DNA of 64,000 nucleotides from a virus (IMGVR_UViG_3300016371_000007:11873-75872); one strand, 5' to 3'. Positions 44,441 to 53,116 are shown, counted from the first letter of the stretch. Notes: generated from the sequence alone by a model not told the origin. Translations and numbers: made by a program.

Positions 44441-44640
44441 TGCAAACCCTACTCAACCGAATGACTGAATACGAATACGAAATAATGAGGGACGATATCC
44501 TGGGCAGGGATTACACCCGAGACCACAAGGACTGGTACATGTACCAGTGGCTCGCAGGGCGGCCCACTACCTTTTACCAGTGCACTGAGCGCTGGTATCG
44601 CAGCCCAAAGGGTCGGATCGAGTTCTATTGGCCCATCTAA
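44440..44640 (+). CDS. Hypothetical protein
   Basis: TAATG overlap. Confidence 0.55.
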   Translation: MQTLLNRMTEYEYEIMRDDILGRDYTRDHKDWYMYQWLAGRPTTFYQCTERWYRSPKGRIEFYWPI

Positions 44641-44717
44641 AGACTTTGGGCCTGCCCGGAATTCCACCTCCGAGCAGGCCCAACCGACAGATAAACGCAA
44701 TCAACAGTTCGAAACAC

Positions 44718-45527
44718 ATGAATGCTAAATCCCCCAAGGCCATTTGGAAAGGCACAATCTCCTTTTCATTGGTCACCGTCCCCGTGAAGCTCTACGCCGC
44801 CATTGAGGGCGAGGAGTTCGAATCTCACATGTTCTGGGAAAAGGACATGAGCCGAATCCGGTTCCAAAGGGTTGCGGAATCAACCGGCCAGGAAGTGCCG
44901 CCGGACCAAATCGTCAAGGGCTACGAAACCGATTCAGGCGTAGTCGTCTTGAGCGATCAGGAGCGCGACGAGCTGATGCCCGAGCGTTCAAAATCAATCG
45001 AGGTCCTGGAGTTTGTGGACCTGGATGATATTGATCCGATCTACTTTGATAGGCCCTATTTTCTCGCCCCTGACAAGGGCGGTGATCGCGGCTATGCGCT
45101 CTTGAGCAAGGCCCTGAACGCCACCGGCAAGGTAGGGCTGGCCCAGTTCGTATTGCGCGGGAAAGAGACGCTGTGCGCTCTGAGGCCCTACGGCGGCGGC
45201 CTCGTCCTGGCTGGCCTGCGGTTCGAGAGCAAGTTGCGCTCAATCGAGGATCTGGATCTGCCTGGAATTACCGCTGTCCGGGGCACCAAGGCCGAGCTGG
45301 ATCTAGCCAAACAGCTGGTCAGCTCTATGACCGGCGACTGGGTGCCGGAGAAATACAAGGATCGGTATTACGAGGACCTCAAGGATGTGGTCGAGCGCAA
45401 AGCCAAGGGACTCGCGCCAGCCGAACGCCCAGTCGTTACGCCCAAGCAAGTCTTACCCGATATCCTCGCGGCCCTGGAGGCCTCGATCAAAGCCAACGCC
45501 AAACAGAAAGCTAGCATCGCTAGATAA
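44718..45527 (+). CDS. ku: Prokaryotic Ku DNA end-binding protein
   Basis: AIWKGTISFSLVTVPVKLYAA, IVKGYE, IEVLEFV...IDPIYFDRPYFLAP, ELDLAKQLV..M...W.PE.YKDRYYEDL, DILAALEASI. Confidence 0.92.
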   Translation: MNAKSPKAIWKGTISFSLVTVPVKLYAAIEGEEFESHMFWEKDMSRIRFQRVAESTGQEVPPDQIVKGYETDSGVVVLSDQERDELMPERSKSIEVLEFVDLDDIDPIYFDRPYFLAPDKGGDRGYALLSKALNATGKVGLAQFVLRGKETLCALRPYGGGLVLAGLRFESKLRSIEDLDLPGITAVRGTKAELDLAKQLVSSMTGDWVPEKYKDRYYEDLKDVVERKAKGLAPAERPVVTPKQVLPDILAALEASIKANAKQKASIAR

Positions 45528-45531
45528 TGCA

Positions 45532-45780
45532 ATGAACGACGAAACTGAAACCTACAGACGTGCTCGATTCCACGAGCTGAATGAGGAGGCGGCTGCCCGC
45601 CTGGAACTGGAAGAACGCCATGGACAGGTGTGGAGCACCGAAGAGTTGAGAGGCCAATTCGAGGTGCTCACCTTTGCGGCCCCGTTCGTAATCGTGCGGG
45701 ATCGCAAGAGCACAAAGCGTGGAACGCTCGAGTTTCAGCACAGCCCGCGCTTCTATTTCAACTGGCAGGAGGATCGCTGA
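45532..45780 (+). CDS. Conserved-looking small protein (GQVW.TEEL...FEV..FAAPFV.VR......GTLEFQHSPRFYF.W)
   Basis: 82 aa, ATG just after the ku stop. Confidence 0.7.
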   Translation: MNDETETYRRARFHELNEEAAARLELEERHGQVWSTEELRGQFEVLTFAAPFVIVRDRKSTKRGTLEFQHSPRFYFNWQEDR

Positions 45781-45866
45781 TGCTCGACCCACTCTTTTGG
45801 GTCGGCCTCTTCATCGGCATTTTTCTCATGTACCTTATCAAACGAGCCGACAAGGCTGACAAGTAA
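45780..45866 (+). CDS. Single-TM micro-protein (28 aa)
   Basis: TGATG overlap; MLDPLFWVGLFIGIFLMYLIKR. Confidence 0.5.
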   Translation: MLDPLFWVGLFIGIFLMYLIKRADKADK

Positions 45867-46223
45867 GCAACCCAACATTTGTAGCCAAACGCGCTGTGAG
45901 CCGATTACAGCGCGTTTGATTTTGTGAGGATACAATCTATCTGCCGGTACAGCATAATGCGCGTAGCAGCCTCCCACAACGTCCCAGGGCATTTACACGC
46001 AAATACGGTAATAATCCCTTTTATCGCTTTACCGGCACTCATTCTGTCCTGAATTAAACATATTGGGCGACCAATATACACAAATAGGACACTAGCATTG
46101 CTAATCACGGATGACATTTCACAAGGGGCTGATGACAGTCATCTAGACGACAGGCGTTGGGATGATGACAACAATCCTCAGATCAACGTACCAGAACTTG
46201 AGCACAAAGTATTTGATTAATAT

Positions 46224-46275
46224 TTGAATTGCGGAGCAGATTTTCATTGCAGTGAAAGGCCATATCCGGTAATGT
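46224..46275 (+). promoter_or_regulatory. Leaderless promoter P2 (TTGCAG-N17-TAATGT)
   Basis: ATG 7 nt after the -10; TTGAA 23 nt upstream of the -35. Confidence 0.65.
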
Positions 46276-46282
46276 TTTAACC

Positions 46283-47068
46283 ATGGCCAAGCCACTGACC
46301 AAAGAGCAAGTAGACCGAAAAATCAATTCCCTCATCGCGCAAGGCGCGTTGTTCGTTTCAAATCACTCCGGGGGCAAGGACTCGATGGCGCTGTTGATCA
46401 CGCTCGCGAAGCGGATCCCGGCCCGCCAGCTGATCGTTGTCCATGCGTCCTTAGGCGAAGTCGAATGGGAAGGTGCACAGGAGAAAGCCCAGGAACACGC
46501 CGAGTCTCTCGGCCTGCCGTTCTTCGTGGCACGCGCCTCGAAGACTCTGTTCCAGAAGGTCACCGGACGCCGCCAGAACCGCCCAGGTGCGCCCAGCTGG
46601 CCGGACGCTCGCAATCGTTGGTGCACGTCTGATCTGAAGCGCGACCCAATCGCGAAAGTGGTCCGGGGCTACGCCAAGGAGCATGGGTTTACGACCGTGG
46701 TGAACTGCCTGGGCCTACGCGGCCAGGAGTCCACATCCCGCGCCAAGAAGCCACTCTTCCAGGTTGGCCGCGACACTTGCAAGAGCCGCCAGTGCTTCGA
46801 CTGGCTCCCCATCCATCAGATGTTGGTCGAGGAAGTGTGGAACCTGATCGCCACCCAGGCGGTCAAGCGCCACCATGCGTATGACCTGGGGAACGAGCGC
46901 TTGAGCTGTGTGTTCTGCATCTTCGGCTCCAAGTGCGATCTGGCGAACGGCCATGAGCACAACCTGGACCTGTACGCCAAGTACGTGGCCCTGGAGAAGG
47001 AGACCGGCTACTCGATGCATGTCAGCAAGAAGTGGCTCCAGGAGCTAGTCCTGGGGCCGGAGGCTTGA
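46283..47068 (+). CDS. PAPS-reductase-family (PP-loop) protein
   Basis: SGGKDS P-loop, RWCTSDLKRDPI, GLRGQES..RAK, WLPI, RLSCVFCI. Confidence 0.88.
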   Translation: MAKPLTKEQVDRKINSLIAQGALFVSNHSGGKDSMALLITLAKRIPARQLIVVHASLGEVEWEGAQEKAQEHAESLGLPFFVARASKTLFQKVTGRRQNRPGAPSWPDARNRWCTSDLKRDPIAKVVRGYAKEHGFTTVVNCLGLRGQESTSRAKKPLFQVGRDTCKSRQCFDWLPIHQMLVEEVWNLIATQAVKRHHAYDLGNERLSCVFCIFGSKCDLANGHEHNLDLYAKYVALEKETGYSMHVSKKWLQELVLGPEA

Positions 47069-47116
47069 AAATAGGCGCAAGTTTTCATTGACCTTTTCTG
47101 CAAAATCCGGTATAAC
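47065..47116 (+). promoter_or_regulatory. Near-leaderless promoter P3 (TTGACC-N17-TATAAC)
   Basis: Near-consensus hexamers; ATG at 47127. Confidence 0.75.
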
Positions 47117-47126
47117 TTTAATCACC

Positions 47127-47441
47127 ATGAGCAATAAATCTGACATCTACGGCCACTACTACGACAAAGCGCACGCCCACAACGAATCCGTGGGCGGCGA
47201 GCCCGAGTGCGAATCTTTCGTGAAATACAGCAAGCGCTACAACGAGATCGAGGCGCTGCCGCAGTCGAACTCCTGGGGCCATCCTACAGGCCGCCGGGGC
47301 CATCTCTTGCCAGACGGTCGCGTGGCTGAGCTTCGCGGCGAGATCGGCAGCTGCTGGGCGCATGCGTTCATCTTCAAGAACGAGGCCCACCACAGCGGTT
47401 ACCGCCAGATCCTGGGCATCGGCCAGTACTTCGAGGACTAA
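47127..47441 (+). CDS. Hypothetical protein
   Basis: ATG immediately after P3. Confidence 0.65.
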   Translation: MSNKSDIYGHYYDKAHAHNESVGGEPECESFVKYSKRYNEIEALPQSNSWGHPTGRRGHLLPDGRVAELRGEIGSCWAHAFIFKNEAHHSGYRQILGIGQYFED

Positions 47442-47445
47442 TTTT

Positions 47446-47625
47446 ATGAACAAGCAACCCAAGCCACAATCCACGGAGCGCTACCGGCGCTCCGAGTTCT
47501 ACATGAGCGACACCATCCACATCATCGATGTGGACTACCGCTGGAGCGTACTGATCACGGGGCTCGCCTACGAGGGCGAGCGCTGGATCGGCAAGCCCAT
47601 CAAAGACGAGGAGGCCGACAAGTGA
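47446..47625 (+). CDS. Hypothetical protein (59 aa)
   Basis: ATG 4 nt after the previous stop. Confidence 0.55.
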   Translation: MNKQPKPQSTERYRRSEFYMSDTIHIIDVDYRWSVLITGLAYEGERWIGKPIKDEEADK

Positions 47626-47714
47626 AACACCTCTTGGAACTCCAAGCAATTTTACTGCTGCTCCAGGGCATCCTTTTGCTCTGGCTGTGGCTTCACCTCT
47701 TTCACATTTTATGA
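47622..47714 (+). CDS. Hydrophobic micro-peptide (30 aa, MKHLLELQAILLLLQGILLLWLWLHLFHIL)
   Basis: Not in the track; GTGA and ATGA overlaps on both sides. Confidence 0.5.
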   Translation: MKHLLELQAILLLLQGILLLWLWLHLFHIL

Positions 47715-48022
47715 CAACACAACCAACAACCGAAATCGACTTGCTCCGGGTAACCGTGATCAAGAAAAAACATGCGACCCAGCTCCGCGAACGCTGGGGC
47801 AGTAACCCAGCCACCAAGTTCGAAGATGTGGACCTGCTCTATCACATCGACGAATGGGATGCCATTCTTTGCAGGCGCAAGAATAACCAGCATCTGGTCA
47901 TCCTCCAGACCGGCTACTACTACCAAGTCAAAACCGTCCATGCGCCGGTAGGCAAATCGTCGCATGCGCTGGCCGAGGCCCGCGAGATTATCGAGAACCT
48001 CCCGCAGCTTTTATTAGATTGA
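47711..48022 (+). CDS. Hypothetical protein
   Basis: Likely start MTTQP. Confidence 0.6.
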   Translation: MTTQPTTEIDLLRVTVIKKKHATQLRERWGSNPATKFEDVDLLYHIDEWDAILCRRKNNQHLVILQTGYYYQVKTVHAPVGKSSHALAEAREIIENLPQLLLD

Positions 48023-48059
48023 AAATCTGCTTGCACATTCAAAGGATTTTTGCTTTACT
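48019..48059 (+). promoter_or_regulatory. Near-leaderless promoter P4 (TTGCAC-N17-TTTACT)
   Basis: TTGAAAAT 12 nt upstream of the -35; TTTCACC-ATG as in P1 and P3. Confidence 0.55.
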
Positions 48060-48068
48060 GGTTTCACC

Positions 48069-48401
48069 ATGAACAACACCCTGAAAAAATTCGGAAACTA
48101 CAACGTCAGAATCGTGCGCAAAGGCGACCGCTACGGCCTCAATGATTGCCTGACCCATGATGAGGACGATCTAATGGTCGAGTTCTACCTGGACTCGCAT
48201 CATGATATTCACGGCCCACGCGGCTTCTTCGTCAGCCGCTACTACATCGGCACGCTGCTGAACCAGCCTGGGTTCTACGGCCATGAGCACAAGCCTGGAA
48301 CTGGGCTCTGCCTGTACGGCGGCAACCAGTACGAGGATTCCATCAACGTCCCGGGCAAGGATTACGAGCAAGTCCTGGCCTACCTGGAGGAACTGCAATG
48401 A
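48069..48401 (+). CDS. Hypothetical protein (110 aa)
   Basis: ATG after P4. Confidence 0.7.
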   Translation: MNNTLKKFGNYNVRIVRKGDRYGLNDCLTHDEDDLMVEFYLDSHHDIHGPRGFFVSRYYIGTLLNQPGFYGHEHKPGTGLCLYGGNQYEDSINVPGKDYEQVLAYLEELQ

Positions 48402-48607
48402 GCGAGCAAGAACTCCACCTGAAGACCCTGGAGGACTACCGGGAGATGGGCCGTCTCCAGGGCCGTGAGCAGATCCGCAAGATCCACGAGGAGACCGTGC
48501 TGGCGCACCTGAAACGAATGCAGACTGAGAAGCACTCCAGCCAGTACGCCCAAGGCTACATCGCTGGCTTGGAGTACTGCATCAGAACCCTTGAAATCAA
48601 GTCCTAG
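48398..48607 (+). CDS. Hypothetical protein
   Basis: ATGA overlap. Confidence 0.6.
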   Translation: MSEQELHLKTLEDYREMGRLQGREQIRKIHEETVLAHLKRMQTEKHSSQYAQGYIAGLEYCIRTLEIKS

Positions 48608-48640
48608 CCACCCTGCCGCTTCGAGGAGCGGCAGCAGGCT

Positions 48641-48904
48641 ATGAATGAACCAACCAACTCACCCATCTTTAACTGGCGCGACCGGCCCCTGGATTATCCG
48701 CTCAAGGAGATCGAGGCCACACTGCGGAAGCGCCTAGCTGAAGGATACAGCTTTCACCAGAAATTTACCTGCGAGCACTGTGGGCAGCGGCTAACTGTCG
48801 AGGAGGAAAATGTCCTCCTGGAAGAAGGCGGCTGCGACCAGTGCGGCGGGATCACCAACATAAAAAAGAAAGGCTGCAATTACATGCTGCTTAAAACCAT
48901 ATGA
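48641..48904 (+). CDS. Zinc-ribbon protein
   Basis: FTCEHCG...CDQCG. Confidence 0.65.
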   Translation: MNEPTNSPIFNWRDRPLDYPLKEIEATLRKRLAEGYSFHQKFTCEHCGQRLTVEEENVLLEEGGCDQCGGITNIKKKGCNYMLLKTI

Positions 48905-49374
48905 GCACAGAACCAGAACCAACCAACCAACCCATATTCAACTGGGGCCACCCCGGCCACATCGTGGCTGAGTGGGAGCGCCGTGGCGACGAGGAGGGCA
49001 TAGGCTTTGAGTGTCGGGCCTTTGACCACCCGTTGCAGTATAAGATCGACATCTGGACATTGAAGGAACAGCGGGGCAACTACCGGATGCGCCTAGATGG
49101 CTTCGGCCACCTCAGGTGGTTTAACGAGGACAGCCTCCAGGAGCTGATCGCCCAGCTGATGAACATCAGCGTCACCGAGGTGATCGCGGCCAGCCGCCAG
49201 ATGAGCGGCATGCACCGGAAGGCCTACAACGCCTGGAAGGATAAACCCGAGGGCAACAACTGGCCCGAACCGCCGCCGGAAGTGCCGGAACTAGTGATCG
49301 CGGAATACTTCGAGGCGGCCCGCCAACGGACGCTCCAGGAGATGCATCCGCTGCTTCACTTCGGAGACAACTAA
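48901..49374 (+). CDS. Hypothetical protein (157 aa)
   Basis: ATGA overlap; N-terminus similar to the previous gene. Confidence 0.65.
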   Translation: MSTEPEPTNQPIFNWGHPGHIVAEWERRGDEEGIGFECRAFDHPLQYKIDIWTLKEQRGNYRMRLDGFGHLRWFNEDSLQELIAQLMNISVTEVIAASRQMSGMHRKAYNAWKDKPEGNNWPEPPPEVPELVIAEYFEAARQRTLQEMHPLLHFGDN

Positions 49375-49396
49375 CCCTAACCGTGGAACTCCACAG

Positions 49397-49816
49397 TTGT
49401 ACATCAACATAGAAGACAAATTACCAAAGGACCTGCACCTGGAGGTGGCTTCTAGGCATGAGGATGTGACCGCGATGTACGAGGACGAAGGGCTTGGCGT
49501 CCTCGTACAGCCGTTCTATGAACGGGCCAAAAATGAGTTCACCAAGAACGAAGCAAGCTGGCACATGTGGGAGGGCTACTATGTAGAGCACGGTGACAGC
49601 AGCAACCTGTACGTGGTCGGCATACTGATGCATCGGAACATCTTTTTCGTCCGGGCTATGCGCGTCAAAGGCGTCTCCACCGCCCAGCGCAAGGAAGTAG
49701 AGAAGAGCATCAGCGAAATGATGATCCAGTATCTAGAAGTGCTAATGCAAGAGATGGACCGCATCGTGCCACCCGGCATGGGCAAGAGCGGGGAACCGTG
49801 GAACTCCACACTTTGA
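49397..49816 (+). CDS. Hypothetical protein flanked by 17-bp direct repeats
   Basis: Protein-like ORF between two AACCGTGGAACTCCACA copies. Confidence 0.6.
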   Translation: MYINIEDKLPKDLHLEVASRHEDVTAMYEDEGLGVLVQPFYERAKNEFTKNEASWHMWEGYYVEHGDSSNLYVVGILMHRNIFFVRAMRVKGVSTAQRKEVEKSISEMMIQYLEVLMQEMDRIVPPGMGKSGEPWNSTL

Positions 49817-49853
49817 ATCCCTGATTGACTTTTCAAGTCGAAACCGATACAGT
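49813..49853 (+). promoter_or_regulatory. Leaderless promoter P5 (TTGACT-N17-TACAGT)
   Basis: ATG 6 nt after the -10; TTGAA 12 nt upstream of the -35. Confidence 0.7.
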
Positions 49854-49859
49854 AATAAT

Positions 49860-50657
49860 ATGCAATCAACCCTGACTAAACGAGAAATCCGAGAGCTAGC
49901 GCCCGCAGCGTTAGCCACCCACCCGGCCAAACGGGTCTCGGACAAGTATAAGTTCTACCCGACTAGCGCCATCATTGATGCGCTGGGCGGCGAAGGTTGG
50001 GCGGTGATCGAGGCCATAACGGCCCGGTCCCGCAGTAACAAGATCCCCGTTCAATACCGGCGGCACGAGCTGGCTTTCGCTCACCGCGATGTGCTGGCCA
50101 AGAAATCGAAGTTGGAGGAGATCCCCCGGATCATGCTGACCAATAGCCATGACGCGAACTGTGCGGCCCGGATGTATGCGGGCCTGTGGCGCTTCATCTG
50201 CTCCAACGGCATGCGGATCAGTGACGGCGTGGTGCAGTCGGTGCGGATCCCGCACACCCATCGCACCATCGAAGAGGTGGTGGCGACGGCCCAGGCGTTC
50301 CGCGCTAACACCCAAAGAATCGGGCAGCATGTCGAGGCCTTCAAAGGCCGGATCCTGACAGACGCCGAAGTCCGGGAGTTTGCTAAGTGGGCCATCGTAT
50401 TGCGCCAGCCGCAACAATCCGAGACGCTGATCGCCCCGGATGATATCCTGCGGATCGAGCGCACTCAGGATGTCGGCAATAGCCTCTGGACGGTCTTCAA
50501 CCGAGTCCAGGAACACTTGCTGAAAGGTGGCTTTCCGATCTACCGGCACACTGAAGGTGGCTGGATTGAACGGACGGCGCGGCCCATCAAGGGCATCAGC
50601 CAAAATCTAGAGTTGAATGGGGAACTATGGGATTTGGCCGAGCAGTTCCTCAACTAA
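49860..50657 (+). CDS. DUF932/DUF945-family protein
   Basis: S.KY.FYPT..IIDAL..EGW, H.L.F, PRIMLTNSHD.....RMYAGLWRFICSNGM, SLWTVFNRVQEHL.KGG. Confidence 0.85.
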   Translation: MQSTLTKREIRELAPAALATHPAKRVSDKYKFYPTSAIIDALGGEGWAVIEAITARSRSNKIPVQYRRHELAFAHRDVLAKKSKLEEIPRIMLTNSHDANCAARMYAGLWRFICSNGMRISDGVVQSVRIPHTHRTIEEVVATAQAFRANTQRIGQHVEAFKGRILTDAEVREFAKWAIVLRQPQQSETLIAPDDILRIERTQDVGNSLWTVFNRVQEHLLKGGFPIYRHTEGGWIERTARPIKGISQNLELNGELWDLAEQFLN

Positions 50658-50676
50658 CTACAACCTTGACGAAGTG

Positions 50677-50707
50677 AACCGGGCAAGCCCACGCTGCCCG
50701 GTTTCAC
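50677..50707 (+). terminator. Possible terminator hairpin
   Basis: AACCGGGCA pairs with TGCCCGGTT, 9-nt loop, weak T tract. Confidence 0.4.
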
Positions 50708-50790
50708 GTTGTTATGATAAGCTACAAATTAAGATGGAAAGAAGGCGACATCACTGACCCAGTGGTGCAATTGAATTTCTACACGCGAAT

Positions 50791-51213
50791 ATGGAATCGA
50801 AGACTAAACAACACAATAGAGGAGGAGCCCGAGCCAATGCTGGGCGGCCCAAAAAAGACGAAGCGATTTGGGGCAAGATTAATTGCGTTCTACGAAAGGA
50901 TACGATCCAGGCCCTCCGGGCAGGGTGCGGGGGCAAACACAAGCACTTCGGTGAGTTCTTGCAGGCCCACCTGGACGAGTACCCGCTACCGGATAGGGAA
51001 ACCTACCTCTACAGGCAAAGGGTAAAAAAGCTGATGTCTAACGGCTGGCGGCCCAATCCTGAACGCGAGAAGATGGTCCGGGATCTCAAGCGCCAGGAGC
51101 GCGAACGATTGCGCCAGCTGGCCTGGGAGAAGAAACACCCCGAGCAGAAAGCTTTCCTGAAGACCTTGAACCAGCTGAAACGCAAGCAGGCCAAAGAGCA
51201 AGCCACTGCATGA
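50791..51213 (+). CDS. Putative DNA-binding regulator (AT-hook plus ribbon-helix-helix-like)
   Basis: GGARANAGRPKK followed by KINCVLRKDTIQALR. Confidence 0.55.
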   Translation: MESKTKQHNRGGARANAGRPKKDEAIWGKINCVLRKDTIQALRAGCGGKHKHFGEFLQAHLDEYPLPDRETYLYRQRVKKLMSNGWRPNPEREKMVRDLKRQERERLRQLAWEKKHPEQKAFLKTLNQLKRKQAKEQATA

Positions 51214-51572
51214 CCTGCCTGGAGAAGCTTTCCAGGGCTAACCGCTGGCGCGTTCGCACGGGCCGGATGGCCAGCGATGAGACAGCCGGATGGAACGGTT
51301 GTTTCCTGATCCCTATCGATGGCCAGATTTGGCAGATCCAGATAGCAGACGGCATGGGCTGGAAGCACTTGAGCGCCACCAACGCCCAGAAGCACCAGCT
51401 GCCGTCCTGGCAGATAATGGTCCGGCTCAAGAGTCTCTTTTTCTCAGACGAGGAGTGGGTTGTCATGTACATCCCGGCCCAGGAGGATTACGTAAACGAT
51501 CACCCTTACGTACATCATCTATGGGCACCCTTAGACGAAAAGCTTCCCATTCCCCCCATCGTTCTAGTCTAA
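51210..51572 (+). CDS. Conserved phage protein (W.HLS....PSW..M..LK.LFF..EE......P....YVN.HPY..HLW)
   Basis: Recognisable widespread phage pattern of unknown function. Confidence 0.7.
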   Translation: MTCLEKLSRANRWRVRTGRMASDETAGWNGCFLIPIDGQIWQIQIADGMGWKHLSATNAQKHQLPSWQIMVRLKSLFFSDEEWVVMYIPAQEDYVNDHPYVHHLWAPLDEKLPIPPIVLV

Positions 51573-51835
51573 AGCGGAGGAAAGGCCTTCGCCACGCTTC
51601 CAGCCGCCGCGCCGTCCAGCTCAAGGAATACGCACGGCTGAAGCGGGATTGGATCTTCTCACATCCAACCTGCGAGATCTGTAAAGCCAAGCCTGCGGCC
51701 CAGGTGCACCATCGGTGTGGCCGGATCGGTGACCGGCTGAACTCTACCGAGGATTGGCTGGCGGTTTGCGCCGATTGCCATTCCAAAATTCATAGCCACG
51801 GTAGCTGGGCGCGAGAACAAGGATTTCTAAAATAG
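51521..51835 (+). CDS. HNH endonuclease
   Basis: CEIC...A.QVHH......N...W.AVC.DCH.KIH; likely start 51521. Confidence 0.75.
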   Translation: MGTLRRKASHSPHRSSLKRRKGLRHASSRRAVQLKEYARLKRDWIFSHPTCEICKAKPAAQVHHRCGRIGDRLNSTEDWLAVCADCHSKIHSHGSWAREQGFLK

Positions 51836-51842
51836 CGCTTGC

Positions 51843-51900
51843 ATGCGCAACGTTTAGTCAGTAGTGCTTTAGCACTGAAGAGGTAGTACTTTAGTACTAC
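51843..51900. promoter_or_regulatory. Control region: repeated site D plus two tandem palindromes
   Basis: ATGCGCAACGTTT at 51843-51855; GTAGTGCTTTAGCACT at 51861 and GTAGTACTTTAGTACTAC at 51883. Confidence 0.55.
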
Positions 51901-51928
51901 TTGAAGGATTGATCCAGGGATCAAAATC

Positions 51929-52279
51929 GTGCAAACTACCCCCATCGAAGCAACGATTTACTACCGGCACTACTTGGGCGAAGTCGCCCGGTTAAAAGCG
52001 GCCATTATCCCCTTAACCGACCAGCTGGCGCGTTGTAGTCCAGGCGCTATAGCAGCGGTTAACCGGGTCCTGGACCGGCGGCATTTTCGCGTTCGCGATT
52101 CGGAGCTGATGTGTACCCTCTTGCTTAAGGCGGCAAATCGAACCAGGGCTAACCTGGACGAGTATTTCCCTTTGATGCGGGATGGATTAATCGCGGCTGC
52201 CGAAGAGCTGGAAGATGCCGTGGCCGAGTATCAGCGCCACTTTGCGGCGTTACGAAGCGCGAGCCTTCCGACCGAGTAA
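51929..52279 (+). CDS. Hypothetical protein
   Basis: First ORF after the control region. Confidence 0.6.
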   Translation: MQTTPIEATIYYRHYLGEVARLKAAIIPLTDQLARCSPGAIAAVNRVLDRRHFRVRDSELMCTLLLKAANRTRANLDEYFPLMRDGLIAAAEELEDAVAEYQRHFAALRSASLPTE

Positions 52280-52300
52280 AACGCAACCACAGGAAGTGTT

Positions 52301-53116
52301 ATGGAAATCCAACCGTATTACGGTGACGAGCCCCTTGTCGTCTCAAGTGTCCAGATCCAGGTCAACCCGGCTGACCGCAAACGCGCCCGCGAGCTACTGA
52401 CGGCCACCGCTGACATCATCGAGGTTAAAGACGAGCCAACCTATAAGCTCGCCACGCACGCCCTGGGCCAGCTCAAAGGCATGCTGGACGAGATCGACCG
52501 AGGCAAAAAGACCGTCAAAAGCCCCTTCGACAAAGTGATCGATATGATTCGGGACAAGGCCCAGGAGATCTGGGAGCCGGTAATGAACGAGCACCGCCGG
52601 GTGCAGACGATCCTGAACGGCTACGTGGCGATCCTGGAAGCCAAGCGCAAAGAAGAGGAGCGCCAGCGGCGGGAAGAGATCCGCAGGATCCAGCAGGAGC
52701 ATGACCGCAAAATCCGCGAGGCCCGTGAGGCCCAGGTGAGGGCCGAGAACGAGGCCAGGGCTGCCCTAGATGAGGTGGCCAGACAGAAGGCTCACGCCGA
52801 GGCCCAGACTCAATTACTCCTGGCGGCCCAGGAACAGCTGGCCAAAGAGCTGGCCGTCGAGGCCAGTAACAGCCTTGAATCGAATAAGCGCGGTCTAGTT
52901 CCAGGAGGCCGCGTTGATCACAATTACGAATTCGAATTGACCAACATCAAAGAAACGATCCAGGCCGGTTGCCTGCACCTGATCCGTTGGGAGATCGATC
53001 ACCGGGCCTGCCAGGACAGCTGCCGGAAGCAACTAGAGATCGACCCCAGCAGCGAGCCAACCCTTCCCGGTATCAAAGTAACAAGAAAAATCAACGTTAG
53101 CGTTAAAGCCCTATGA
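52301..53116 (+). CDS. Coiled-coil recombination-associated protein (Gp157/Gam-like)
   Basis: Long heptad helix ending LPGIKV; directly upstream of the recombinase. Confidence 0.55.
   Translation: MEIQPYYGDEPLVVSSVQIQVNPADRKRARELLTATADIIEVKDEPTYKLATHALGQLKGMLDEIDRGKKTVKSPFDKVIDMIRDKAQEIWEPVMNEHRRVQTILNGYVAILEAKRKEEERQRREEIRRIQQEHDRKIREAREAQVRAENEARAALDEVARQKAHAEAQTQLLLAAQEQLAKELAVEASNSLESNKRGLVPGGRVDHNYEFELTNIKETIQAGCLHLIRWEIDHRACQDSCRKQLEIDPSSEPTLPGIKVTRKINVSVKAL

Noticed and set aside
45867-46220. GATGACA repeats and short ORFs in the AT-rich gap before the PAPS-family gene
   Set aside because: The repeats can be explained as Asp-Asp codons of a start-less acidic fragment; no convincing gene or operator.
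46283-47068. cysH auxiliary metabolic gene for sulfate assimilation
   Set aside because: Only fold-level motifs are seen; the C-terminus lacks the CysH ECGLH motif and there are no other cys genes.
48613-48634. Hairpin CTGCCGCT-TCGAGG-AGCGGCAG as a terminator
   Set aside because: Good stem but no U-tract on either strand; function unclear.
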